DNA of 49,318 nt from Fonticula alba ATCC 38817 (Eukaryota; Protista; Nucleariida): NCBI GenBank assembly GCA_000388065.2, contig KB932201.1. One strand, 5' to 3'. The translations under genes and the position numbers were made by a program. This document shows, piece after piece, positions 11,601 to 23,000 of this stretch (positions are counted from its first letter, which is position 1; each line of letters opens with the position of its first letter). The notes beneath the pieces were generated by a model. It had not been told where the DNA came from, did no database searches, and saw only the letters and a program-made list of their open reading frames with translations.

Positions 11601-14600
11601 GGCCGCCGATCAGGGTCAGGCATCGAGTGATGTCTTCGATGAAAGTGCGTGCTGTGCCCCCCCCCCCCCCCCTCCCCCCTCCCCCTTTTCATCCTCGTGA
11701 GCTGCCTATCGCTCCTCGGACGAATGGCCCTAACGCGTGCGCACTTGTCTGCCGGGGGGGGCTCCCCCCTCACAGTCGAGCTCAACCCGAACTTCGCCGA
11801 TGATCGCGATGACTTTGATGATGCCAATGACGACACGGCCTTCGACAGTGCCGACGACTCGGAGGAGTCCGGCGACGAGGATGACGAGCTCCTGGAAGAG
11901 GTCATCACCCCGGATGGCAAGGCCAGTGCGTTTTTGTCCCCCATGCTGCACGTGTATCTTTGTGCAGCCCATGTTCCACCCCCCCCCCCCCTCCATCCGC
12001 TCCTGACAGCTGCCGTTTGCTCCTTCTCCCGGGTCCTCCCCCTTCAAGCCCCCCTCCACGTCCTGCCCCTTTACTCGATTTTGGCCCCGGAGAAGCAGAT
12101 GGTACGTGAGCTTGGGCCCCTTTGATCGCACTTCGGGAGAGGGGTTGTGGTCTTGGCTCGGATCCATCTTGCTGACTTTTGGCCCTGACCCGACGCACCG
12201 GGTGTAGCTTGTCTTCGAGGAGCCGCCCGCCGGCACTCGGCTGTGCGTGGTGGCCACCAACGTCGCCGAGACGTCGATTACCATTCCCGGTATCAAGTAC
12301 GTGGTGGACTGCGGCAAGGCCAAGCAGCGGAACTATGACATGAACACCGGCATCCAGACCTTCAACGTGAGCTGGATCTCCAAGGCCTCGGCGGACCAGC
12401 GCTCCGGTCGTGCCGGCCGTACCGGCCCGGGCCACTGCTACCGCCTCTTTTCCTCGGCCGTGTTCGACAACCACTTCCCACAGTTCTCCGACCCGGAGAT
12501 CGTCGGCATGCCAATCGAAAGTGCGTCACATCGGCTCCTCCCCGGTGCCCATACATGTCACCCTGCATGCTCGCCGGCACACTGGCACACGTGTGCGCGT
12601 GCAAATGGCCCCTGCCGCGGCATCTGACCCGTGTCCCTGGTCCTCTTGCTTTGTCTCCTGGCGGCAGATGTTGTCCTGCAGATGAAGTCCATGAACATCG
12701 ACAACATCGTCAACTTCCCCTTCCCAACGCCACCGGCCCGTCGGGCCATTGAGAAGGCCGAAGAGCTCCTGGTGTACCTTGGTGCTCTGGAAGCCACCTC
12801 CAAGAAGATCATCCAGGCCGGCAAAGTCATTGCCTCTTTCCCCATCTCGCCGCGCTTTGCCAAAATGTGCGTGTGTTTCTCCCCTTGCTGGGGCTTTCTT
12901 TTCCTCCCCCGGCTTCTGTTCTGCCTTTCGATTTTTCTCGCTCTCCCTCTCTCTCTCTCTCTTGGCCTCCTTGAAGATGCATTTTTGCTGTGTGGCTGTG
13001 CCTGTGTTGCTGATACCCCTGGGATGTCCCTGCCATCGTGCTTCGCGTCGTCCAGGCTCATCCTTTCCAAGCAGCGGAATTGCTTGCCCTATGCAATTGC
13101 CATTGTGGCGGCCCTGACCGTGGGTGACCCCTTCATCCAGGAGACTTTCATCGAGGGAGACGGAAATGACGAGCTTGACGCCATGGTCCAGGAGGCTTCC
13201 AGCACCGGTGAGGAGGTCAATCCCCAGCTGCTCAAGCAGATCGCCCAGGCGCAGAAGAAAAATCGCCGGGTGCAGTATCTCCAGGCTCAGGCGGTGCGTG
13301 TCCGGATCCCTGTCCCCTTTCATCCCATGATGCCGGCTGCTCAACATTGACCCATATGCCGGCGCAGAAATTCACCTCCGGCACGCTGCGCAGCGACGCC
13401 CTCAAGTACCTGCGGGCCATCATTGCCTATGACGAGGCCGCGGACCCGGATGCCTTCTGTGAGCAGTATCTCCTCCGGCCGAAGGTACGCCCTGGAGCGG
13501 AATGCCACACCCGTGCCATGCGCCCCTCTCCCCCCCCCCCCNNNNNNNNNNNNNNNNNNNNNNNNNNNNNNNNNNNNNNNNNNNNNNNNNNNNNNNNNNN
13601 NNNNNNNNNNNNNNNNNNNNNNNNNNNNNNNNNNNNNNNNNNNNNNNNNNNNNNNNNNNNNNNNNNNNNNNNNNNNNNNNNNNNNNNNNNNNNNNNNNNN
13701 NNNNNNNNNNNNNNNNNNNNNNNNNNNNNNNNNNNNNNNNNNNNNNNNNNNNNNNNNNNNNNNTGGTCAGGCCATGAACGAGATTCGCAAGCTTCGTCGG
13801 CAGCTGACCAACCTGGTCAACTCGGTGGACAGTCACGCCGGGGCCACCATGCCGCTGACCATGCCGCTGCCGTCTCCGGAGCAGGAGCAGCTCCTGTGCC
13901 AGGCCCTCTTCTGCGGGTTTGTGGACCAGGTGGCCACGCTGAGTGATGCGGCGGCCGCGGCGGCCGTTGCCGGCCCCAATGGCCTGCCTCGTGGGACAGG
14001 CACCGCCAGCCGGCCCTATCAGACCATGTTCCAGGAGGAGCTGACATACATTCACCCGACGTCGTGTGTGGCCCGGCGGGCTGGCGGCCCGGCTCCGGCG
14101 TTCTTGGTCTTCCTGGACCTGGTTCGCACGACCAAGCGCGTCCAGATGAAGACCTGTACGGAAGTCCGGCCGACATGGCTCGCGCGCCTGGGCGCCGGCC
14201 TCTGCCAGTATTCGGACCCGTTGGAGAACCCGCCGGCGCGGTATGTCCCCGAGCGGGACACTTTGGTGGCCTTTTGCGAGGGTCTCTACGGCCCCCGGAG
14301 GTGGATTCTGCCGGTGGTGGAGATCCCCCACCCGGCTGGCTTGGACCGGATGAAGCTCTTCGCGCGGCACCTGCTCGAGGGTGATGTGGCCTTCGGCCTG
14401 CGGGAGCACGCGACCGCCGATCGCCTTATCACCAAGCCGCTGGTCATCCAGAAGCCGTGGACCCATGCGCGGTCTGTGGACTTTGTCCAGGCCCTGGTCC
14501 GGGAGAAGGTCGACTCGAAGCAGGCTCTGCGTCGGATTTGGCTGCGCCAGCCGAAGTTCCTCCTGAAGGAGTACCTCCTCTGGGTGAAGCCGGAGTTCCA

Positions 14601-14682
14601 TACGGCCGTGTCGGCTACCTGGCCGCCGGCCCTCGACCCTCCGGTGGCTCCCTCTGCTTCGGATGTGGCGATGCGCATTTGA
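8697..14682 (+). CDS. DHX37: DEAH-box RNA helicase DHX37/Dhr1 (SSU processome); 18 exons: 8697-8837, 8917-9018, 9179-9228, 9302-9365, 9485-9864, 9986-10212, 10370-10479, 10654-10893, 11052-11165, 11234-11330, 11477-11644, 11776-11925, 12049-12101, 12208-12520, 12668-12866, 13056-13293, 13368-13484, 13771-14682
   Basis: Motifs [109 protein letters not shown] and [10 protein letters not shown]. The TEPRR variant, GFG after LYEA and the acidic insert after motif IV are typical of DHX37. All junctions are phase-consistent. Intron 17 contains an N-gap. Confidence 0.92.
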
Positions 14683-15332
14683 AGGAGCGCATGCTCAACC
14701 AGCCACGGTTGGAGGCGCCTAAATGCTCTGCCATTCCATCCCTTCACTAGCCTCCCCCCCCCCCTCCCTCACACAAAATGTGGGGGACCGAATAGACTGC
14801 TGCTCGTACGCGAGGAATGGCTCGACTGGGGGGGGGGGGGGGGGGGTGCCTCTCTTGTCCCTCCATACACACACACATACACACGACGCACCGGCGCCTC
14901 TGGCGCCTTGCGCTTCCATATGCCTAAGCCGCGGAAAAACAAGGGGCCCTCACAACTGTCCATGAGTCTACCCCCTGCTCCAAGGAGCTGCGCGTAAGGC
15001 AGAGGGCAGAAAAAAAAAAGAAAACCATGAGATGCACACATACACACACACACACAAGGGGCTGAATGTAAGGTGTGAGAAGAGGGGGGAAGTCTAGGGG
15101 GTAGTATTGCTGAACAGCGTCTCGTAGGGGCGGCTGAAATACGGTACTCGGGGAAGTCGCCGACCGGCGCGAGGCATGTGAAAACAATCAACAGGGAGGT
15201 AGTGGGGGGGAGGGGGGGGGAGAGAGGAGATATGGTACAGTTCGCTCCCCATCGAGACGGGGGGGGGGGGTAGGAGGGAGATGCAGCAGCCAGCCACACG
15301 GGTGCAGACGCCTTGGCAGCCTCTGCCGCGCG

Positions 15333-18300
15333 TCAGATCTCCGTCAGATGACTGACATTCGACCGGTAGGACTCGGCCACGGGCTGCTGCTCATACGAAG
15401 AAGGAGGAGGCAGGATGATGGGCACGCCCACGGCCGCCGGCGGCGGGGGCGGCGGCAGAATCACCACCGGCATGGATTCCAGCTGAATGGCACCCCCTGC
15501 GGAGAGGGCGCTCTCGCCGACCGTGTCGCCACCAGACGCCAGAGGGGGCGAAGAGGAGGATGAGAGGCTCGGGCTGCCCGGGCCGCTGGTGGCCGCCGAC
15601 TTGGACATGGACAGGTCATCGTCCATGGTGGTGGCGCTGTTGCCGGCGGTGCTGCCGAATTCCGACAGCTCGATGGCACCCTGCGAGTCGACACTGGCAC
15701 TCTTGCCACTGCCGCCGCCGCCGCCGCCGCTGCTGCCGCCGCCGCCGGACATGGACTTCTTGGAGGAAGAGCCATCGCCATTGCCACCGCCGCCCCGGGA
15801 GGAAGAAGACCCCCCGCCACAGCTGTTAGGGTGACTGGTGCAGCCGGCCCCGTTGTTGTCATCATTGTCGAACTTCTTCCGCCAGGCCGACGGCAGGCAG
15901 GCAATGAAGCCACGACGAATGGCCCGGCAAAGACGAGTGACCGGCGAGAAGAACCAAGCAATGGCGGCCGTGACCCGATCAACCTTCTGTTGAACCACCG
16001 CCTTGAACTTGGCCGGGATGACCAGGATCCAAATGCAGGTGACGATGATGAACACCATGCAGACGGCCGTCATCCACAGGGTGATGACCCACCAGCGATC
16101 AAGGTTGATGACCACCAGGATGCAGAAGAAGCCGGAGAGAATTTGCATCGGAAGACCGAAGCAGGTGTAATCCAGGAACCGATATCCACCAGGTGCCTGG
16201 ACCATGAGGTTGGTCTGGTAGCCGATGGGGCTCATGAAGTCGGCGGAACTGGCAAACATCAGCACATACAGCATCACCTCCATCGGGAAGTAGCCCTTCT
16301 GGTAGATGGTGTAGGCGATGGGGAACATGATGGCCACGCAGGCGTTGTTGGTGACCACCGAGTTGAAGACCACGCAAATGAGGTAGAAGCAAATCAACAG
16401 CACATGGGAGCCAGCCTTGGAGGCCGAGTCGATCAGGGCCTCGGCCACGAGTTGCGCCGCGCCGGAGTTACTGAGCGCCGCGGACAGGGCAAACCCAGCC
16501 GCGATCATGATCATCACCTCGAGATTGAGCGACCGCCGGGCCTGGGCCGCCGACAGGCAGCCCGTCAGCATGAGCACCCCGACGCCGAACATGGCGCACA
16601 GGGCAATCGACACCTCGGCCAGGGCCGACACCGCGATGATGGACAAGATCACCAGGAAGGAGATGATGGCCTTGTAGTGATCCACGACGCTGGCCTGCAG
16701 CAGGGCCGCACGGTGGGAATGGATATTGCGCGAGGAGGAGTCCAGCTCGGCCGGAGTCGGCTGCCGGTAGGCACCCACGCGCCGGACCAGGGCAAAGGGC
16801 GAAGACAAGGGCGAGGCATCCTTGTAGGTCTTGAGGAAGTTGGGCGTGGCCACCAGGAGCAGGGCGTCACCCGGCCGCAGGACCACCGCACCGATGCCGC
16901 CATTGGAATCGGCATTCGGCCGGCGGGTGTTGGTGCGCACCCGGCGGAAGGAGGCCGCGCCCCCGGCAATGGGGTTCCGACGGAAGCGCCGCTGGCCGCC
17001 ATAGCCGGCCTCCGGGTCCGAGGTGAAGTCCTCCTCATCGGACAGGCCATCGGTGGAATTGCGGCCGGAATCGAAGAAGGCCGAGTCGGCGCCGCTGGTG
17101 GTGCCGGCCCCGGCGCGGCTGCCGCCACCGACCCCGCTCTCGGTGGAAAGAGCATGGGGCCCGGCCGGCGACTGGGGTGACGACGGCAACAGCAGCGCCC
17201 CACTGGCGCTGGTGGCCACAAGCGGACTGTCAGCATAGTCGTCCCCCATGGCCGGACCATCGAAGGAGTAGCCCTTGGCCGAGGGGAGGGTGGTGAAGCT
17301 CTTGGCCCGGCCACGCATGCCGGGCAGCGGGGTCGAAGCCGCGGCATTGATGCCGGTCGACCGGCGCGGGGACTCCGGGAAGACACCGGACTCGAAGTCC
17401 ACCGAGTGCAGGGTCTTCATGCCGGGCTGCGGGGGCTTCATGTAGGGGGTGGGCCGGTCGCAAACACGCTCACCGCCACGGTGCACGGCGATGATGGCCG
17501 CCTGGAAGCGAGTGCGGAATTCGACATCGCGCACGGTCTTCCCGACGATGGCGCCGCCCTTGAAGGATCCACCGGCACCGAGGACCACCTCCACCAGCTC
17601 GCGATTGCCGCGCAGGTTTTCCAGGTCCGGATGCCGGGGATCCTCGGCCAGGACAAGCCCATGCGCCAGGGCACGGGTGGTCAATTGGGCCACATTCGAC
17701 ACGTCGCCGGCGAAAACCAGCTCGTCACCCGGCAGGAGGATGGTCTCCGGGCTGGGAGCAGGCAGAGAGAGGCCAGACCGGACGACATCCACCAGGAAGA
17801 GCCCGGGCAGGTGGCGGAGGCCGGCCTGCTCGACAGTGCGGAAGGCAGCCGAGGAAGCGGGGTTGCTGGCGGAGGAGGCACCGGCGGCAGGGGTGACCGC
17901 GGTGGCGGTGGCGGTGGCGGTGGCGGTGGCGGTGGCGGCGGGGCTGGCGGCGGTGACGGCGGCGGTCGAGTTGCCATCGGCATCGGTGGCCGGGCGCACG
18001 GGCCGGAGGTGATCCACGGCCGAGGGGACGGTGGTGGCCGAGGAGGTGGCCGTGACAGCGGGGGCCGCCCCGTTGGTCGAGCCCTCCAGGGACTTGACCG
18101 AGGTGTTGTTGTTGACACTGAGCACATGCACGGAGACCAGATACTCGCGGGGGTTTTCGAGCACGGTGCTGGCGGTCACACGCGAGGGCAGGAGATCCGA
18201 AAAGACCATGAGGTACGTGCAGCAGGAGACGAAGACCGGCAGGCCAATGCGGCCGAGATCGAACATCTGGATGTCCACATCGATGCCGCGCTGCTTGGCC

Positions 18301-19159
18301 ATGCCAAGGGCCACAAGGTTGGTGGATGTGCCGATGATGGTGAGCGTGCCGCCGACGATGACACAGAAGCTCAGGGGCATCATCATCTTGCTGGGGGAGA
18401 GGCCATTCTCGCGGGCAAACTGCTCCAGCACCGGGATAAAGATGGCCACCACCGGGGTGTTGTTGATGAAGGCCGAGATGACACCGAGGATGACCACCAT
18501 GCGGCCCATCGTCAGGGGGAAGGGCTCGGACCGGCGATACCCGTAGAACATGAAGCGTTTGATGTACTCCAGGGCGCCGGACGATTCGACCGAGGCGCAC
18601 ACCATGTATAGGACCATGACGGTCATGAGGCCCTCATTGGCGAAACCCTGCACGCGAAAAGGGAGTCCGGGGGAGGGGGGCGAAGGGACATATGGTTGGA
18701 GGCGCCTAAATGCTCTGCCATTCCATCNNNNNNNNNNNNNNNNNNNNNNNNNNNNNNNNNNNNNNNNNNNNNNNNNNNNNNNNNNNNNNNNNNNNNNNNN
18801 NNNNNNNNNNNNNNNNNNNNNNNNNNNNNNNNNNNNNNNNNNNNNNNNNNNNNNNNNNNNNNNNNNNNNNNNNNNNNNNNNNNNNNNNNNNNNNNNNNNN
18901 NGGGGGGGGGGGGGCACACCGTCAGCGCTTCATTGATGGAGATGATGCCCGGAGCCACGGTCATGATGACGGCGCCGAACATGAGGAAGTCCTGGGGGAA
19001 GTAATCGGTGGCCAGCAGGACGAAGAGAACCGCCACGACAACAAGAACATAGATGGTCTGCCATAGGGGGGGCGCAGCCTCGGAGGCGGAGCTTGATGCC
19101 GAGGAGGCCAGCAGGCCCATCAGCTGGTTGCTGGTCTCACTGGAGAAGAAGGGCAGCAT
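15333..19159 (-). CDS. SLC13/CitMHS-type anion (sulfate/carboxylate):cation symporter with two cytosolic TrkA-C domains (bacterial and algal SLT/SAC1-like architecture); exons 19159-18920 and 18647-15333; 1184 aa (longer if upstream in-frame ATGs are used)
   Basis: EALT|GFANEGL, ISAFINNTPVVAIFIP, PSKMMMPLSFCVIVGGTLTIIGTSTNL, TrkA-C motifs (TVEQAGLRHLPGLFL...LLPGDELVFAG; GKTVRDVEFRTRFQAAIIAVHR...VLRPGDALLL), and C-terminal TNNACVAIMFP, SADFMSPIGYQTNLMV, GGYRFLDY. One intron (GTGTGC..CAG, phase 0) spans an N-gap. Confidence 0.9.
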
Positions 19160-19211
19160 AATGACTCTGAGGGACGGCAGGGCGGAGAGGGGGGGAGGGG
19201 GGCGGGGGTCA

Positions 19212-19260
19212 GCGGAGAACATGGCGGAGAACATGGCGGAGAACATGGCGGAGAGGACAT
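19212..19260 (-). repeat. 12-bp tandem repeat (CATGTTCTCCGC)x3 plus a variant unit, giving tandem ATGs upstream of the permease
   Basis: Plus strand GCGGAGAACATG x3 at 19212-19247, followed by GCGGAGAGGACATG. Confidence 0.9.
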
Positions 19261-20008
19261 GCGGTGCGTCGCGCGCGCTGGGGGGGGCGGAGTGGACAGG
19301 AACATGGGGCTGGGAGAAGAGGGCTGACCAGGGAGCCAGCAGGCCCCACGGGCGGAGGGAGGACGCACGCGCTGAACGGTGTTCTCCAGCTTGGGGATAG
19401 GCAGACCCGAAAGCGGGGGGGAGTAATGGAGACACGAACCAGCAACGGGGGCTGTCTGGGCAGAGGCCAGAAAGGGGAGGGGGATGAAGGCCACGGGCCT
19501 TCGCTGCGAGAGGAGCACAGGCAGACGGTGATCGATAAGCGGGAATGGCGGGGGGCGGGGATCCGCGGCGGCCTACAGAGGAGGCCTTTGTTGGGAGAAG
19601 GGAATGAGGTGGGTGATCCAGGGCCGGGGCGCCGCATGGCAGCCTGAGAAGTGTGCCTTTAAAGTTGGCGCCGTGCCCGGAGGTGCTGGCGGAGGCCCGG
19701 GCGGAGAGGCGAGGAGGGGGGGGGCGGGGCGGACCAAGATGCGGAGTGCCGGCCACAAACGGCCTCCCCCCCCCCCCCCCCCCCCGACACCGCACAGCCC
19801 GGGCCCCCGCTTCACCCCCCGGGTGCGGAGGGGGGGGGAGACGGCGAGGACTGGCCTTCTCGCAGGGAGGGACAGCCGGCCAGCCGGCCACCAACAGATC
19901 TCCCTGACTCATGCGTGGTCGAGGGGGGGGGGGACCTGCCAGGACTCTCGCGTGTAGGGTGTGGCCGGTCAGCCGGCCCGTTGGGCTCGGGTCCCAGCTG
20001 CATGGTCA

Positions 20009-20040
<32 letters not shown>
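20009..20040. repeat. (CAGC)8 tetranucleotide microsatellite
   Basis: Read directly from the sequence. Confidence 0.95.
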
Positions 20041-23000
20041 AGAGTCGGGATATCGCAAGGGGCTCCTCTCGCCCCCCCCCCNNNNNNNNNNNNNNNNNNN
20101 NNNNNNNNNNNNNNNNNNNNNNNNNNNNNNNNNNNNNNNNNNNNNNNNNNNNNNNNNNNNNNNNNNNNNNNNNNNNNNNNNNNNNNNNNNNNNNNNNNNN
20201 NNNNNNNNNNNNNNNNNNNNNNNNNNNNNNNNNNNNNNNNNNNNNNNNNNNNNNNNNNNNNNNNNNNNNNNNNNNNNNNNNNNNNNNNNNNNNNNNNNNN
20301 NNNNNNNNNNNNNNNNNNNNNNNNNNNNNNNNNNNNNNNNNNNNNNNNNNNNNNNNNNNNNNNNNNNNNNNNNNNNNNNNNNNNNNNNNNNNNNNNNNNN
20401 NNNNNNNNNNNNNNNNNNNNNNNNNNNNNNNNNNNNNNNNNNNNNNNNNNNNNNNNNNNNNNNNNNNNNNNNNNNNNNNNNNNNNNNNNNNNNNNNNNNN
20501 NNNNNNNNNNNNNNNNNNNNNNNNNNNNNNNNNNNNNNNNNNNNNNNNNNNNNNNNNNNNNNNNNNNNNNNNNNNNNNNNNNNNNNNNNNNNNNNNNNNN
20601 NNNNNNNNNNNNNNNNNNNNNNNNNNNNNNNNNNNNNNNNNNNNNNNNNNNNNNNNNNNNNNNNNNNNNNNNNNNNNNNNNNNNNNNNNNNNNNNNNNNN
20701 NNNNNNNNNNNNNNNNNNNNNNNNNNNNNNNNNNNNNNNNNNNNNNNNNNNNNNNNNNNNNNNNNNNNNNNNNNNNNNNNNNNNNNNNNNNNNNNNNNNN
20801 NNNNNNNNNNNNNNNNNNNNNNNNNNNNNNNNNNNNNNNNNNNNNNNNNNNNNNNNNNNNNNNNNNNNNNNNNNNNNNNNNNNNNNNNNNNNNNNNNNNN
20901 NNNNNNNNNNNCGGGCAGTGCAGGCGGGGGGTGTAGATGCACCCGCGCGCATCGGCCACACGCAGGGGGCCGGGAAACATTAATCGTGCCCGGGGGGCCA
21001 ATGCCCCGGCGTGCCCCTTTTTGCTCAGCGCGAAGACCGCCCAGGGCGCGCGCGCTCTCGCACGAAGGCATATCCTTGCGCCACTCCCCGGCACTTGCCC
21101 GCGAGAGTCGCGCCCTGTGCCTCCCCAGGAAGTTGTTCCCCCGCTGGGGGCATATGGGACACTCGGGAGGCGGGGGGGGGGGTTGGGGGGTCCTGGCCGC
21201 GCGTCGCAAAGGCCTGCAGTGCCCCCGCAAGACCTCTCGCCCCCCCCCGCCCTCTGCCGCCCCCGAGGCCTTGCGCCTCGTGAGAGAGAGGGAGGGCGGC
21301 ACCGGTGCCCACCCGGCCAGCCGGGACATTCATGTGAATAGCCTGGGAGCGTACCCGATCCCCAGGGGCGGGGTGCCAACATTCAACCTCGGGAAGGGAC
21401 ACGCACTTGTGCGATGAGGGTGGGGGATGCGCGCCCGGGCAACATCCCCAGCCTTGGCGCGACTTCGGTGACCTCACACATGGTGGGCGGGGGTGGCTGG
21501 GGCGCCCCGCTCGGGCACAGGGGGCCCTCGGCCCTGGGGGGGGGGGGGGGGGGNNNNNNNNNNGGTCGCGCGGCCGGGGGGTCACAGATGGGGCGGACGC
21601 CCGGGCGGGGGACGGAACGCGGCCAGGCTCCGCGGGGCACATGGGTGCCCGGCACGCGCTGCCCGGCGGTCTGGCGCGGGGCCCGCACCCCAAGGGATGC
21701 AGGCATGCACGCCTGAAAAACCGCGCCCCGCCAGGCGCGGGCCTCGGGCCTCTGCGCATGTGTGGTGTGTGTGTGTGTAGGTGCGCGCTCGTGTAAAAAA
21801 GGGCGCGGCGCCCGTGGTCTCCCGGAGGAGGGACCTAGCTCGGGCTCGAGCCGGGCCGGGTGTCTTCTGTTGTGCCGGCTCCTCCGCGGGGCGCAGGGCC
21901 GGGCGGCTGCTCTGGCGCGCCGGGATCGGTGCGATGGAGCGAAGACACCCGCCGGCGGGCCAGTGCCCCGGAGCCGCCGCCACTCTCGCGCCTCTCGCCG
22001 GCCGTCCTGCCGGTCCGGAGTTGCAGAGGCCCAACCGGAGGACGCGGGGCGAGCGCCGGGAAGGGGGGCCTGGCCGCGGCGCGGCCTCGGTGCGCCCCTC
22101 CTTGCCCGGCGGCCCCGTGGAGCGACGGGAGCCGACTGACTGGCCCCCCGGGCCGCCCTGAGCGCCCCGGCCACGCAGGCGTAGAGGTCAAAATTGAGCA
22201 GGCCCACCAAATTTCCCCTCCCGGGAGGAGGCCCCGACCGGCCGGCCGGTGGCGGTAGCCCCCGGACGTCGGACAGCATGATGAAATGTGCATTATCTAT
22301 TACCGGGACCCGGGGATGAGGCGTATTACATAACAAGGCAAGTGAGGCCAGCGAGCGCCCGGGAGCGAGGTCGTGTGACTCGGTCGCCGCTCCCCGACCC
22401 CGCCGGGGGGGGCCGGGGCGACATCCGCTGAAAGGCCCCTGCCTCTTAGGGCGAGGGGGGGGGGGGGGCCGGGGCGCGGGAGGAGCCATCACCCGGCACG
22501 GTCGCGCCCGCGACCGCCAGAGGCTGCCCGTGCGCCGCCGCCACCAGCACGCCAGAGAAATCGGCCTTTTCACGGGCATCTCCCAGGGCGGGCGTGGGAT
22601 GCTGGGGGATTCACGCCGGCTTGGGGCGCTGCGCCGGTGTTCGCCCACCGCCATCGGGGCCACGCCAAGCTGCGCCCGCGTGCCGGTCCAGCCCGTGCCG
22701 ACGCCCCCCCGCCCCCCTGCCCCCAGGGGATGGGGGCGGGGGCAGGGACGGAGGCCACCCCCCCCCCCGCTGCCCCCCGCCCGCCCGGCTTCACACCTTT
22801 TACACCCGCATCGGNNNNNNNNNNNNNNNNNNNNNNNNNNNNNNNNNNNNNNNNNNNNNNNNNNNNNNNNNNNNNNNNNNNNNNNNNNNNNNGCCCCCCC
22901 CCCCCCCCCCCGAGGCGCTCATGTGGGCGCCGCCGGCGGGCGGGGCGCGCAGAACGCCGGGTCCCAGGTGCGGGACCCGATCGGCCGGCGCGCCCCGGAC

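Noticed and set aside
12398-12421. DHX37 motif VI reads QRSGRAGR rather than QRAGRAGR
   Set aside because: A single conservative substitution with all catalytic Arg/Gln retained; not enough to suggest altered function.
19812-21417. Several 330-505-aa ORFs spanning the 830-nt gap, and others across N-gaps
   Set aside because: Their length comes from Ns being translated as X, and the flanks lack coding signal.
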